64,000 nt of DNA, from the IMG/VR virus record IMGVR_UViG_3300037231_000119, positions 32,001 through 96,000 of that record; one strand, 5' to 3'. Of this stretch, positions 9,194-18,050 are shown piece after piece (within the stretch, counting starts at the first letter, position 1; each line of letters starts with the position of its first letter). This stretch comes from a virus. The translations under genes and the position numbers were made by a program. The notes beneath the pieces are model-generated. The model was not told the origin of the DNA. It did not search any database and saw only the letters and a list, made by a program, of their open reading frames with translations.

Positions 9194-9293
9194 CGTAGTG
9201 GGCCAGGGATTCGAACCCCGGACCCAACCTGTTCTAGGATGGGAATCGAACCCATCGGGGCAGTGCTAACTGCAGTACCGGACACCCACTACG
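9194..9293 (-). ncRNA. tRNA-like RNA with two T-loop hairpins (possibly a degenerate tRNA-Ser(CGA))
   Basis: Closing stem CGTAGTGGG/CCCACTACG; hairpins GATGGG-TTCGATT-CCCATC and CCGGGG-TTCGAAT-CCCTGG; TTGACT promoter immediately upstream. Confidence 0.65.
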
Positions 9294-9395
9294 TTAAATA
9301 GAAGCTACCATGAAGGGGGAGGCAGAGTCAAATGAAAAATAAGGGCAAAGATTATTTATTGACGCTAGCCATAAGCTGTGATAGGTTAACTATAT

Positions 9396-9640
9396 AGCGG
9401 CGCCGAAAGCCAATGGGAAAGCAAGCTACGAAACCAAAGGCCGATTCCAGCAACCTGCGAACGTGGGTTGGGTAGGTGACCGTAAATGAGTGGGCTGGCA
9501 GATGTGACTGCCAGGGTCTTCCGGAAGCACTATCCAGGGCGGAAGTTAAATAGGTATGAGGCGCGAGCCTAGGGGTAAATCGAGAATCCCTACCCACTAA
9601 AATTTAATGTCCCGGGCCGAAGGCCAAAGGGGCTACGGGA
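9396..9640 (+). ncRNA. Candidate structured ncRNA
   Basis: TTGACG promoter at 9359; no plus-strand ORF; multiple hairpins (CTGGCAG/CTGCCAG, AGGC-GCGA-GCCT, GGGTAGG/CCTACCC, TCCCG/CGGGA). Confidence 0.45.
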
Positions 9641-9654
9641 TTGAATTGGCGAGC

Positions 9655-10653
9655 TTATAGGCGGCCCATTCTTCGGTCAATGAGATTGCATTTATTACAC
9701 CAATTACCTCCCTTAAGGTGATTTCCATCAATTTTTAATTTATGTCCTCGTTTGCAGTCAATGCTGTACTTATGGTATTGCGTTCCCAAATAAACTGTAT
9801 CTTCTAAAACGCCACCTTTGGATTCCACTATATCCTTCAGTTCTTTCAACCTATCGTCATGTTCACTGCGGTACACCTTCTTCAGATCAATTTCAATGGG
9901 TCTTTTAACATCAAGGCTAATTCCAAATTCGCCCAACCTATTGAAGATAAGGGCTTCTAGGTCGCTTTTATCGAGTTTGGGGCCAAAAGTAGGTATTACG
10001 ATTAAATTAATTCCATTTTCGTTACAGAGTTCTACTTTCTTGCAGTCGTTATCTTGAAGAGTTTTTAGTTGTTTCTGGCCGCCCCAACTTTTAATGGCCT
10101 TATAGTGCTGTCTTCCTTGATATTCGAATGCGAGTTTTAATTCCTCATTATAACCATCTAATTCTAATCCTTTCAGCCACTTAGGGTACTTGGTTGGGAA
10201 CGGTTTACCGAAAATGGCTTCTAACATCGCCCTACAATAAGCTTCTCCAAAATAAATCTTGCATTCTGGGCACCAACTACCGCGTATTATATTCCGGGGC
10301 GTTGCGGACCAGACGTGCTTCTGTGGGCACTCGAAATCCATTTTGGTGTGATTACCGATATACTTATCCGACAGCGTAATACCACCACGTTCTTTAGCTA
10401 AGTTACTAATCCTTTCGAACTGTTCTTCTTTATTAAGAATGTGGTCCCTAGCGAGAGGAGCTTCTTTCACAATACGTTCCACAAAACCATGTTGGTGAAT
10501 GGAGGCGTGTAAGGAACCATCTTTTTTACGAAGCTCTTTTAGGCTAGTAAACTTACGCGCTTCTTTTAGACAATTGTCGTAATTTTTCAAATAGCCTGAG
10601 GGTCGAGGCCCCAACTGTATTGTATTTATTGGCATATAAAATATATGTATCAT
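9655..10653 (-). CDS. Free-standing homing-endonuclease-like protein (zinc ribbons plus Vsr/PD-(D/E)XK-like domain)
   Basis: CPQKH..WCPEC, LELDGYNEELKLAFEYQGRQH, CKRGH..WCNKC. Confidence 0.85.
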   Translation of the reverse strand: MIHIFYMPINTIQLGPRPSGYLKNYDNCLKEARKFTSLKELRKKDGSLHASIHQHGFVERIVKEAPLARDHILNKEEQFERISNLAKERGGITLSDKYIGNHTKMDFECPQKHVWSATPRNIIRGSWCPECKIYFGEAYCRAMLEAIFGKPFPTKYPKWLKGLELDGYNEELKLAFEYQGRQHYKAIKSWGGQKQLKTLQDNDCKKVELCNENGINLIVIPTFGPKLDKSDLEALIFNRLGEFGISLDVKRPIEIDLKKVYRSEHDDRLKELKDIVESKGGVLEDTVYLGTQYHKYSIDCKRGHKLKIDGNHLKGGNWCNKCNLIDRRMGRL

Positions 10654-11398
10654 ATGTCTGCATAAATAGGAAGGATTTTTGGCACGATTTCTATATAAAA
10701 ATTTTTAGTGAAATCAGGGGGTTAGGACGGACCAATTTAGGGCTTAAATTTTAGGAAAAATAAAATTTATTTAGTGATATCAGGCACTTAGAATAAATGT
10801 AGTATCATGGGCCTTTACTTTCCCATACCCTAATAGACACTGCCTTGAGGGAATTATGTCAATCATTTCATATAGTTACGTTGAATTTGTGTGATCAAAC
10901 TTTATACATATACACCATATGACACATAGGTATACTGTCATTCTACTAACAGGGGTCGTGACACATGGACGCCCATGCAAGGTTGATGCCTGGAGACAGC
11001 TCGCTATAGGCGCGCCACGCATTGTATGCACTCCTATGACTCCCGATGCCTCAAGTCGTCTCATATGGCATCGTGGCGCGTCTAATGGGTTATAGTTGGA
11101 CGGTCGATTCCTATAGTTGGGCTATAGTTGAGGGGCGCGGGCTTATAGCCATGGCGTCACGCTTATATTGGGTTATACATATCCCCAAAACGTCAAACGA
11201 CTTTTACAGCTAAGTCCATAAAACTATTGAGTTTTGATTTTGAGACGTACCCGGATGCGGGTGGCAGTTGAGATGGTAGACGCAACAAAGCGTCACGCTG
11301 ATATGAGTCAGGCGACGCGGTTTGACTTTTATTTTTGTTACACTAAGGAATAGGGCCACCCAAACCGATCGAAAAATGGGGTGGCCCGTAGTAAAGAT

Positions 11399-11501
11399 TG
11401 TCGATCTTTTATACAAACGTATTGATCTTAGACGCGTTACTAATGACACACTTTAATGATTTCACATAGTTACGGCGCAATAGTTTGGCCTACCCATTGC
11501 A
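11399..11501 (+). promoter_or_regulatory. sigma54 promoter P1 with UAS-like and IHF-like sites
   Basis: TGGCCTACCCATTGCA (GG-N10-GC); TTTCACATAGTTA; tandem GTC-N9-TAC and GTA-N9-GAC. Confidence 0.75.
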
Positions 11502-11512
11502 GTTACCCTCTC

Positions 11513-12013
11513 ATGGGAACACACTTTGAAACTGAAGTCTGCTCTAGATGCCATGGTTCAGGTAAATACTCCTTTTGCGAGCGATACGCCGACCGTTGTT
11601 TTAAATGTGCCGGTCAAACGGTCGTGCTGACTAAACGCGGCGCCGCAGCTAAGACCTATCTCGAAACATTGTGCTCTAAACCCGCTAGCTCCCTCATGGT
11701 TGGAGATCGTATTTCTAGAAATAGTGTGACTTATGGCGGTTCTGTGTATTCCTACATCGCAACCGTGACCAAAGTTGAGGATGCTAACGATTCCCAGTCT
11801 GGCACGGTTATTGATGGTCAAACCGTTTGGACTAATAACAAAAATGTCTGCATAACAACGGAACATCCTAAGTATGGCATTGTGGGCCTGATATGCTCCC
11901 CAGATAGTCTCGTTAGGACATATCCTGTTGATAACGCTGCTAAAATCGCTATGGCATTGGAATATCAGGCAAAATTGACTAAACAAGGCAAACCGCGAAA
12001 GGTCTCTATATGA
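11513..12013 (+). CDS. Early protein with CxxCxGxG zinc finger
   Basis: CSRCHGSG..CFKCAG; ATG lies at the predicted sigma54 start site (leaderless). Confidence 0.75.
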   Translation: MGTHFETEVCSRCHGSGKYSFCERYADRCFKCAGQTVVLTKRGAAAKTYLETLCSKPASSLMVGDRISRNSVTYGGSVYSYIATVTKVEDANDSQSGTVIDGQTVWTNNKNVCITTEHPKYGIVGLICSPDSLVRTYPVDNAAKIAMALEYQAKLTKQGKPRKVSI

Positions 12014-12274
12014 AAACCCGATTTAGTACGATCGAACAAGTTTGGGAAGCGATTGAGAACGGTAAAGAAGTTTTTTGGTGCAATGACTCCTACCATCTCA
12101 CAATAGAGAACCCATCTCACAATAGAGAACCTATCTCCCTTCAGTGACACATTTACCTTGAAAGATGGCAAGTTGCTTAGAGTTACCTATATTGAGAACT
12201 ACTTTGGGTCTCTCCTACTAAAATCAGAGATTCCAAAGCTATACTGCTATGGCCCTATAAAGATGGTTGCCTAA
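12010..12274 (+). pseudogene. 81-aa gene frameshifted by a 19-nt tandem duplication
   Basis: CCATCTCACAATAGAGAAC x2 (12093-12130); removing one copy restores an ORF ending at TAA 12274. Confidence 0.7.
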
Positions 12275-12360
12275 GTCTTTTACACTGTATACTAGTTCTA
12301 CGGTTATTTTACTTCAGATTTCAATAGTTTCGCGTACTTATCTTTGGCACGCTGTTAGCA
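12269..12360 (+). promoter_or_regulatory. sigma54 promoter P2
   Basis: TGGCACGCTGTTAGCA; GTATACTAGTTCTAC UAS-like site; GATTTCAATAGTT. Confidence 0.75.
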
Positions 12361-12406
12361 TTACCTAGTACCGTACAGATTGAAAAACAAACTAGGAGAA
12401 CTCAAT

Positions 12407-12535
12407 ATGACAATTCAAATTGGTGATTTATACCCAGTTGGGATGATTTTTACAACTGACGATGGTCGTATGTATATCGCTGACGGCAGCTATAGACGCG
12501 AAAAAGACGAGACTCCGATGGGAACGAAGGACTAG
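12407..12535 (+). CDS. Small hypothetical protein (42 aa)
   Basis: AGGAG RBS downstream of P2. Confidence 0.55.
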   Translation: MTIQIGDLYPVGMIFTTDDGRMYIADGSYRREKDETPMGTKD

Positions 12536-12649
12536 TATGAAATTATCAAAGTATGACAAGAGGTATTGAATATGAAACCCCAAACACTCATAGTTTATAC
12601 GACTCTCCTAATAACTGCCCTAATCGACCTAATGGCGCGGAGTTAATTT

Positions 12650-12985
12650 ATGACTATCAAGAAATACATACAAGTGTGTGATCCTGGACATGGTTGGCTG
12701 AAAGTACCTAGGGCAGACTATGACGCTAGCGGTTTCAAGGCTAGCTCCTTCAGTTATCAATCGGATAATAGTAAGTACATCTACCTTGAGGAGGATTGTG
12801 ACCTATACGGGTTTTTGAAGGCGGCCGGTCTCCTAATGCCTTTCAATGGCTCATGGGCTATTGATAGATCTAAAGTCGAGATAGCCTATAAGCATGTTAA
12901 TAAAACTTCGATTAGGGATATGCGTCCTATCTCCCTAATGACTAGGGCGGAATATGAAAGTCGATTTAAAACCTTGAATCTCTAA
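12650..12985 (+). CDS. Conserved phage hypothetical protein (DPGHGWL...YLEEDCD family)
   Basis: Recognisable motif pair; GGAG RBS. Confidence 0.75.
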   Translation: MTIKKYIQVCDPGHGWLKVPRADYDASGFKASSFSYQSDNSKYIYLEEDCDLYGFLKAAGLLMPFNGSWAIDRSKVEIAYKHVNKTSIRDMRPISLMTRAEYESRFKTLNL

Positions 12986-13000
12986 ACTGAAAGGATTAAT

Positions 13001-13279
13001 ATGATGAAACAAGACGAATTTATTAATTTCAATAGTTCTAAGGGTTTCCATTGGTTTGATAAAGGAAGCATGGCATTTTTTAGGTCTAGGGTATCTAATT
13101 GGGATTCTATCTCGGGACTATTCATTAGCTCCGAACGCGGTCCTAATGGCGGTCGTGCCTATTCCATTCGAAAGGCTGACTTTGAGACTGGGAATGTTTC
13201 GACTATCGGTAAATTCCAGGCTTATGATTCTATTGGATCGGCCAAGACTGCTTTGAGACGCTTATTGCGAAATGGTTAA
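13001..13279 (+). CDS. Conserved phage hypothetical protein
   Basis: HWFDKGSMAFFRSRV...FISSE; AAGGA RBS. Confidence 0.7.
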   Translation: MMKQDEFINFNSSKGFHWFDKGSMAFFRSRVSNWDSISGLFISSERGPNGGRAYSIRKADFETGNVSTIGKFQAYDSIGSAKTALRRLLRNG

Positions 13280-13290
13280 CTATTAATCAC

Positions 13291-13364
13291 TGTCTACTAG
13301 TTCTACACTTAATTGGCTTCGTATCCCTGATTTTATTAGCTTTTATCTTGGCCCTTCGATTGCA
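13291..13364 (+). promoter_or_regulatory. sigma54 promoter P3
   Basis: TGGCCCTTCGATTGCA; GTCTACTAGTTCTAC; 13329-13372 is identical to 15903-15946. Confidence 0.8.
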
Positions 13365-13397
13365 ATACTATAGAACCATATATAGGAGACTTCGAAA

Positions 13398-13595
13398 ATG
13401 AAACCGCTTAAACTAAATGAATTGATTAAGTTACTCGAGTCTAATGGCTTCACCCTGATTCGCTCTAATGGTCACATGGTGTACGCAAATGGTATCGTGA
13501 GACTTGCCCTTGCCCACCAGCGCGTTGTTTCCCCTGGAATCATGAGGGAAGCAATGAGGGCTATTAAGATGGTTCAGATCGGGAAGGTTGCTTGA
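13398..13595 (+). CDS. hicA: HicA-family toxin-like protein (orphan)
   Basis: ELIKLLESNGFTLIRSNGHMVY...V SPG.MR pattern typical of HicA; 65 aa. Confidence 0.7.
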   Translation: MKPLKLNELIKLLESNGFTLIRSNGHMVYANGIVRLALAHQRVVSPGIMREAMRAIKMVQIGKVA

Positions 13596-13648
13596 TATGC
13601 TCGTATTTATTGTTGAAATCGTACCAACTAAAGAATCGAAAGGATTGT

Positions 13649-13822
13649 ATGGCTAAAAATCAATATGCCATTTTTGACTGGGCCGGCAATAGGCACGATA
13701 CCCTTGGTACTTTCGAATGCTTTGAATCGGCTTGGGACTTCATTTTGGGCGATTTAACCGATAGACTATCTCTAATTGAGGAAGACTATCAGGACTACTA
13801 CGTGGAGAGGGTTTCAATATGA
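13649..13822 (+). CDS. Small acidic hypothetical protein
   Basis: AAGGA RBS before MAKNQY. Confidence 0.6.
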   Translation: MAKNQYAIFDWAGNRHDTLGTFECFESAWDFILGDLTDRLSLIEEDYQDYYVERVSI

Positions 13823-13900
13823 TCACGACTTTGCTAGTTATTACCTATATCTCTTTAACTGTATTGGTTTATGACGTCTCAACTTCTTGAAAGGATTTAT

Positions 13901-14128
13901 ATGACCACAACTACCTATATTGTTAAGTTTACTAAGCATTTCGTTTCTGGCTCTCTTAGAGGATTGACCTATGATACCGAAGTTACCTATCCAAATTTGG
14001 ATGCCGCGTCTCGCCATGTGTCATTCTGTCATGATCACTTAACTAAACCAGTTAAGGCTTTTGGTGGGTCAAACTATACCTGCCATAGTGCTCGAATTGT
14101 GCCTGTAACTCGACGTTGCGAGGAATAA
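13901..14128 (+). CDS. Hypothetical protein
   Basis: AAGGA RBS before MTTTT. Confidence 0.6.
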   Translation: MTTTTYIVKFTKHFVSGSLRGLTYDTEVTYPNLDAASRHVSFCHDHLTKPVKAFGGSNYTCHSARIVPVTRRCEE

Positions 14129-14137
14129 AAGTGATCT

Positions 14138-14602
14138 ATGGGACACATAACCTTGCTAGTATTCATTCTCCTATTCTCATGTGGTCAAAATCCAAACGTG
14201 GCACCTATTCAGGCCGTAACGGTCGATCCTGCTTTACAGCCATACTTTGACGCATTCCAAACGACTATCGGTTATCCCTCAACTGGCATCAATGGTCAAT
14301 TTTCCGATACTGAATCGAATCCAAACCCATTAGGCGAAACTATTGGGGAATGCACTATCTATAGCGATGGCATTCGGACTATCCAAATTGACTCTTCGTT
14401 TTGGGCTTCTGCCGATGAATCTGAAAGGACACAGATCGTTTTTCACGAAATTGGGCACTGCGCCTTGAATTTACAGCATATTGTGAGTGAGTTACCTAGT
14501 GGTTGTCCTACTAGCATTATGTATCCGTATACGTTTGGGGATAACCCATGTTATGCGTCTAACCTGACCTACTATTTTAATGAACTTGCTTCACATAGAT
14601 AA
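14138..14602 (+). CDS. Lipoprotein zincin metallopeptidase
   Basis: Lipobox LFSC; HEIGHCALNLQH; SIMYP Met-turn. Confidence 0.8.
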   Translation: MGHITLLVFILLFSCGQNPNVAPIQAVTVDPALQPYFDAFQTTIGYPSTGINGQFSDTESNPNPLGETIGECTIYSDGIRTIQIDSSFWASADESERTQIVFHEIGHCALNLQHIVSELPSGCPTSIMYPYTFGDNPCYASNLTYYFNELASHR

Positions 14603-14607
14603 GACTC

Positions 14608-14710
14608 GTATAACTTTCATACAATCGTATAGTTCTTAATCAGGCATTCAAGACACACTTCTAATGAATTCGCATACTTGCGCTATCTATTCCTTGGCCC
14701 TTACTTTGCA
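14608..14710 (+). promoter_or_regulatory. sigma54 promoter P4
   Basis: TGGCCCTTACTTTGCA; GTATAACTTTCATAC; AATGAATTCGCATACTTG. Confidence 0.75.
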
Positions 14711-14747
14711 ATACTAATCATAACCGAACTCTAGAAAGGAATTCGAA

Positions 14748-14900
14748 ATGGAACTCTCAACTAAGATGTTTATGGTTTACGAAATTGCCTACCTCATGGG
14801 CAATAAGCATCTTGACCTGCCCAAAGCTCATAGACTGGCTAGCAACTTCTCGGATGCTGAATTGAATCGAATCTATAATGCTCTTATCAAAAGGAACTAA
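14748..14900 (+). CDS. Small hypothetical protein (50 aa)
   Basis: AAGGA RBS downstream of P4. Confidence 0.55.
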   Translation: MELSTKMFMVYEIAYLMGNKHLDLPKAHRLASNFSDAELNRIYNALIKRN

Positions 14901-15565
14901 TATGATTACCAAAATTGACCTATCTATGAGCAGTATTGACCGCAATGAAATTTATGCGTCATTGGATTCTAAAGCTATCCTCGAAAAGTTTGAATTGCAT
15001 GACGTCAATAAGCTTTTAGAGGATAATGAGGATATTTATTGGACCGGCGAAGCTGAAAAGTATCTAAATGAGACTTTAGGCCTTGAAGTTGTTTGGAGCG
15101 GCAATACCTATAACCATGAGTCAGATCTAACCGATATCATGCAATGGGCCATTATGGCACCTAAAGGCTCTGAACTCTATTCAGACGGCATTCTATTGGT
15201 TCAATTACATCATGGTGGCGACGCACGCGGTAACTATGGGAGTGTCAAGGCATACAAATGGGAAGGAGAAGACACATTCTTCTTTCTAGACACGGTCGTG
15301 GGGTGGTATATTACCGATTTGGAAGGTGAAAGACTCGAAACCAATTTAACTCGGCGTTTCGAATCGGGATATTCTCAAAATCCCACATATGAACTCAATA
15401 AGCATATCGTCAAAATTATTGAAATCAGTGAAGAATCGGCCAAAATTGAATTGGATGATGGCACGGTATGCAATATCAGTCCCGAACATTCGGCTAACTG
15501 GGCTTAATCCGAAAAGTGAATTTTAAGGGGAATCTATAGTGCTCTTATCAAAAGGAACTAATATG
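14869..15565 (+). repeat. 36-nt direct repeats (14869-14904 and 15530-15565) flanking one gene
   Basis: GAATCTATA(A/G)TGCTCTTATCAAAAGGAACTAATATG, one mismatch. Confidence 0.9.
14902..15507 (+). CDS. Acidic hypothetical protein
   Basis: NTYNHESDL...LHHGGDARGNY; AAGGA RBS. Confidence 0.75.
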   Translation: MITKIDLSMSSIDRNEIYASLDSKAILEKFELHDVNKLLEDNEDIYWTGEAEKYLNETLGLEVVWSGNTYNHESDLTDIMQWAIMAPKGSELYSDGILLVQLHHGGDARGNYGSVKAYKWEGEDTFFFLDTVVGWYITDLEGERLETNLTRRFESGYSQNPTYELNKHIVKIIEISEESAKIELDDGTVCNISPEHSANWA

Positions 15566-15847
15566 TTTAATAAGAAGCTGTATAAGTTTATGATCAATGG
15601 TAAGAGATACTATACATGCGCCTATTCCGCCGATCAAGCATGGTTCTTCATTCAATGGCGCATTGAAAATGGTAACCCATAATATGCAAGTTAGAATTAG
15701 TTCTAATATATGTGATCTATCGGGAGTAGGGCTTGAGTACCTGCTAGACGACTCAGGATCTATTAGGGCGGTCTTTTGGAATGGCAATATAGATGGTTGC
15801 GAGACGATTCAGGGCAATTCAGAGATAACCAAGGGTGTTGCTTAACT

Positions 15848-15938
15848 GTCTAAGGTTTTCAATCCGTATAAAAGATATACGGCATTCTTTTACTGCATAC
15901 ACGATTTTATTAGCTTTTATCTTGGCCCTTCGATTGCA
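15848..15938 (+). promoter_or_regulatory. sigma54 promoter P5
   Basis: TGGCCCTTCGATTGCA; CGTATAAAAGATATACG UAS-like palindrome. Confidence 0.8.
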
Positions 15939-15951
15939 ATACTATATAACC

Positions 15952-16107
15952 ATGAGAACGATAGAAATAACCTACAAGATCAAGGGAGAATTGAAAGAAT
16001 CGAGTTACAACGTTCGGACTAGTGGGGAAGCGATTAGGCTCCTTCTAAGCGGTCTGTCTAGACGTGATAAACTCAGTTTCAAAATAGTCAAAATATCAAT
16101 GATTTGA
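15952..16107 (+). CDS. Small basic hypothetical protein
   Basis: ATG near the predicted P5 start site. Confidence 0.55.
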   Translation: MRTIEITYKIKGELKESSYNVRTSGEAIRLLLSGLSRRDKLSFKIVKISMI

Positions 16108-16116
16108 AAGGATTAT

Positions 16117-16314
16117 ATGGCCAAGATTATCGATTTAAAGACTCGGGAAGTGTTAGCTGATCTGCCAGTAAAGTTGACTAGTCGCGTAGTGACTCTTTGG
16201 GCATCTCCTAAGAAATTCAACTTGTATGCCATTGCCGTGACTTCCTTCGGTGCATCTACATATCTGGGAAATATAACGGGTCCCATCAAAACGATTACAA
16301 AGAAAGTAGGATAA
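16117..16314 (+). CDS. Hypothetical protein
   Basis: AAGGA RBS. Confidence 0.65.
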   Translation: MAKIIDLKTREVLADLPVKLTSRVVTLWASPKKFNLYAIAVTSFGASTYLGNITGPIKTITKKVG

Positions 16315-16315
16315 T

Positions 16316-16876
16316 GTGTTGAAACTTAAAAAGACTTATGAATTTGAAAAAATTGGCTTGAATGAAGTAATCGGATTGAAAGTTGCAATGGAAGAAGTTT
16401 TGCAACCAATTGTGAACCATCTAGAGCGGTCAATTCATTGGATTGATGATCTTAAGTTTTCCGAGACTGAGTACCGCTCTAGGGATGGTTTTATACCCTA
16501 TGAGTCAAATTGCGGTGGAATGGAATTGTGCGAGATTATCCCAAAGTGTGAGGAATATAACTTTTCATTCCTAGAATTTGGGGAATGTGACGAATGCAAT
16601 GGTGAAACGCAATGCGGTTATGAAGGTATGGAGTGTGCGGGCGATTCGGAGGGCCATAATGATGCTAAGTTGCGCGTATGGCTTAAGTTCGAAGGTATTG
16701 AGAATGGTATCATGAGTTTCTATCTCGTTCTATCTGGCGGCAATGGAGATGCGCCATACTTCAGGGAGAAGTCTTCTACTACATACTTTGAAAGTGAATT
16801 CAAAGCTTGCTCACTTGAGGCATTCAAACGAATCGCAACGGGGCATGTTGCCGAACTATTGAAGGTAATGAAGTAA
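16316..16876 (+). CDS. Acidic Cys-containing hypothetical protein
   Basis: 186-aa ORF with YRSRDGFIP motif. Confidence 0.75.
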   Translation: MLKLKKTYEFEKIGLNEVIGLKVAMEEVLQPIVNHLERSIHWIDDLKFSETEYRSRDGFIPYESNCGGMELCEIIPKCEEYNFSFLEFGECDECNGETQCGYEGMECAGDSEGHNDAKLRVWLKFEGIENGIMSFYLVLSGGNGDAPYFREKSSTTYFESEFKACSLEAFKRIATGHVAELLKVMK

Positions 16877-16904
16877 TTCAAAAGTGAATTTTTGAAAGGA
16901 ATAT

Positions 16905-17435
16905 ATGAATAAAGAAATCAAAGCATTGAACAATAAATTGGCCAACATTTCAGATAACGAATTTGCGATCAAACAAGAATTGCAACTGGCCTGGAATAAA
17001 GTGTTTGACGATATGAGTGTCCTTCGTGATGCAATTACCAAAGTTGAAGCGTCCAATGAGTACACTTGGGAGTCTAGAGGCGAGGATATTTGTTCCTGGA
17101 TTCGATTCGATACTAAGTCTTTTGATGATTGTGCTGAGTATCTGAAAGAATACTTGAGGAATGAACATTACGTCGAAATTGACTTCGAAAACGATGCTTT
17201 GTTGTATTCCATGGGTCCATCTATTATCATCAATGAGGATGGTGACGTCCTAGATCAAGACGGCGATAAATGGTTCATCAATAAGGATGATTATCGAGAC
17301 GAGGATTCTGGCGACTTGAATGAAGGTAAACGAAATGAATTGATTGAAGCTTATATGGAAAAAACGGGTTGCTATCCTGGAGTATTCCGCACCGACCGTC
17401 ATGGCAATGTTTTTGCGGTCAGTACTAAAGCCTGA
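16905..17435 (+). CDS. Highly acidic hypothetical protein
   Basis: About 22% Asp+Glu; AAGGA RBS. Confidence 0.75.
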   Translation: MNKEIKALNNKLANISDNEFAIKQELQLAWNKVFDDMSVLRDAITKVEASNEYTWESRGEDICSWIRFDTKSFDDCAEYLKEYLRNEHYVEIDFENDALLYSMGPSIIINEDGDVLDQDGDKWFINKDDYRDEDSGDLNEGKRNELIEAYMEKTGCYPGVFRTDRHGNVFAVSTKA

Positions 17436-17464
17436 AAAGTGAATTTTAAGGAGAACTAAACTAT

Positions 17465-17695
17465 ATGAACCACTACTTTACATTGTTTTTCACTGAAGAC
17501 TATGAGCCAACTGATCAAGAGATACATTACTTTGAAGCCTTTACAGGTCGGGAGATAGGTGTAGGAGATGGATTCATTAATGTGTATACGATTGACGAGA
17601 CCATCATAAAAGACTTGATCGATATTATCGGCGAATTCTACATCAGTGAAGTTAGTCCTGCTTTGACCGTAGAAGTGAATTTTAAGGAGAATTGA
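17465..17695 (+). CDS. Acidic hypothetical protein
   Basis: GGAG RBS. Confidence 0.65.
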   Translation: MNHYFTLFFTEDYEPTDQEIHYFEAFTGREIGVGDGFINVYTIDETIIKDLIDIIGEFYISEVSPALTVEVNFKEN

Positions 17696-17696
17696 T

Positions 17697-17894
17697 ATGT
17701 ATACATTTATTGTTCTAGTAACCGATGAACCGATGCAGTCCTTCACAAGTGTAGTATCAGCTATTGATTATGCGGCCAGACATGTCTATCTGCCAGTGGA
17801 AAAAGGGCGTGCTTGTTGTAAGGCGCTTAATGAGGGAAGACCATATGCATATAGTTATGGATTTAAAGAAGTAGAAATTAGAGTGGAGAATTGA
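17697..17894 (+). CDS. Hypothetical protein
   Basis: GGAG RBS. Confidence 0.65.
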   Translation: MYTFIVLVTDEPMQSFTSVVSAIDYAARHVYLPVEKGRACCKALNEGRPYAYSYGFKEVEIRVEN

Positions 17895-18050
17895 TATGAC
17901 CGCATTCGTAATCGGCTTAGGTATTGTCTGGCTAGTAACCGCCTTATCGGGAAAGGATTTCAAAGTCACGGGCTTTGGAGGCATCCTCCTCGCTATAGGT
18001 ATCTGTTATGGACTGGGATCTTTAGTTCTACTTCTTTTAAAGAGGTAGGT

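Noticed and set aside
9194-9293. Canonical tRNA-Ser(CGA)
   Set aside because: No canonical D-loop GG, U at position 37, extended acceptor stem and no CCA; reported as tRNA-like instead.
9505-9535. SRP RNA domain IV (CAGG...GGAAGCA)
   Set aside because: The internal stem does not pair and there is no GNRA loop at the expected place.
10678-10700. Seventh sigma54 promoter (TTGGCACGATTTCTAT)
   Set aside because: Good -24 box but no GC at -12 and no gene directly downstream.
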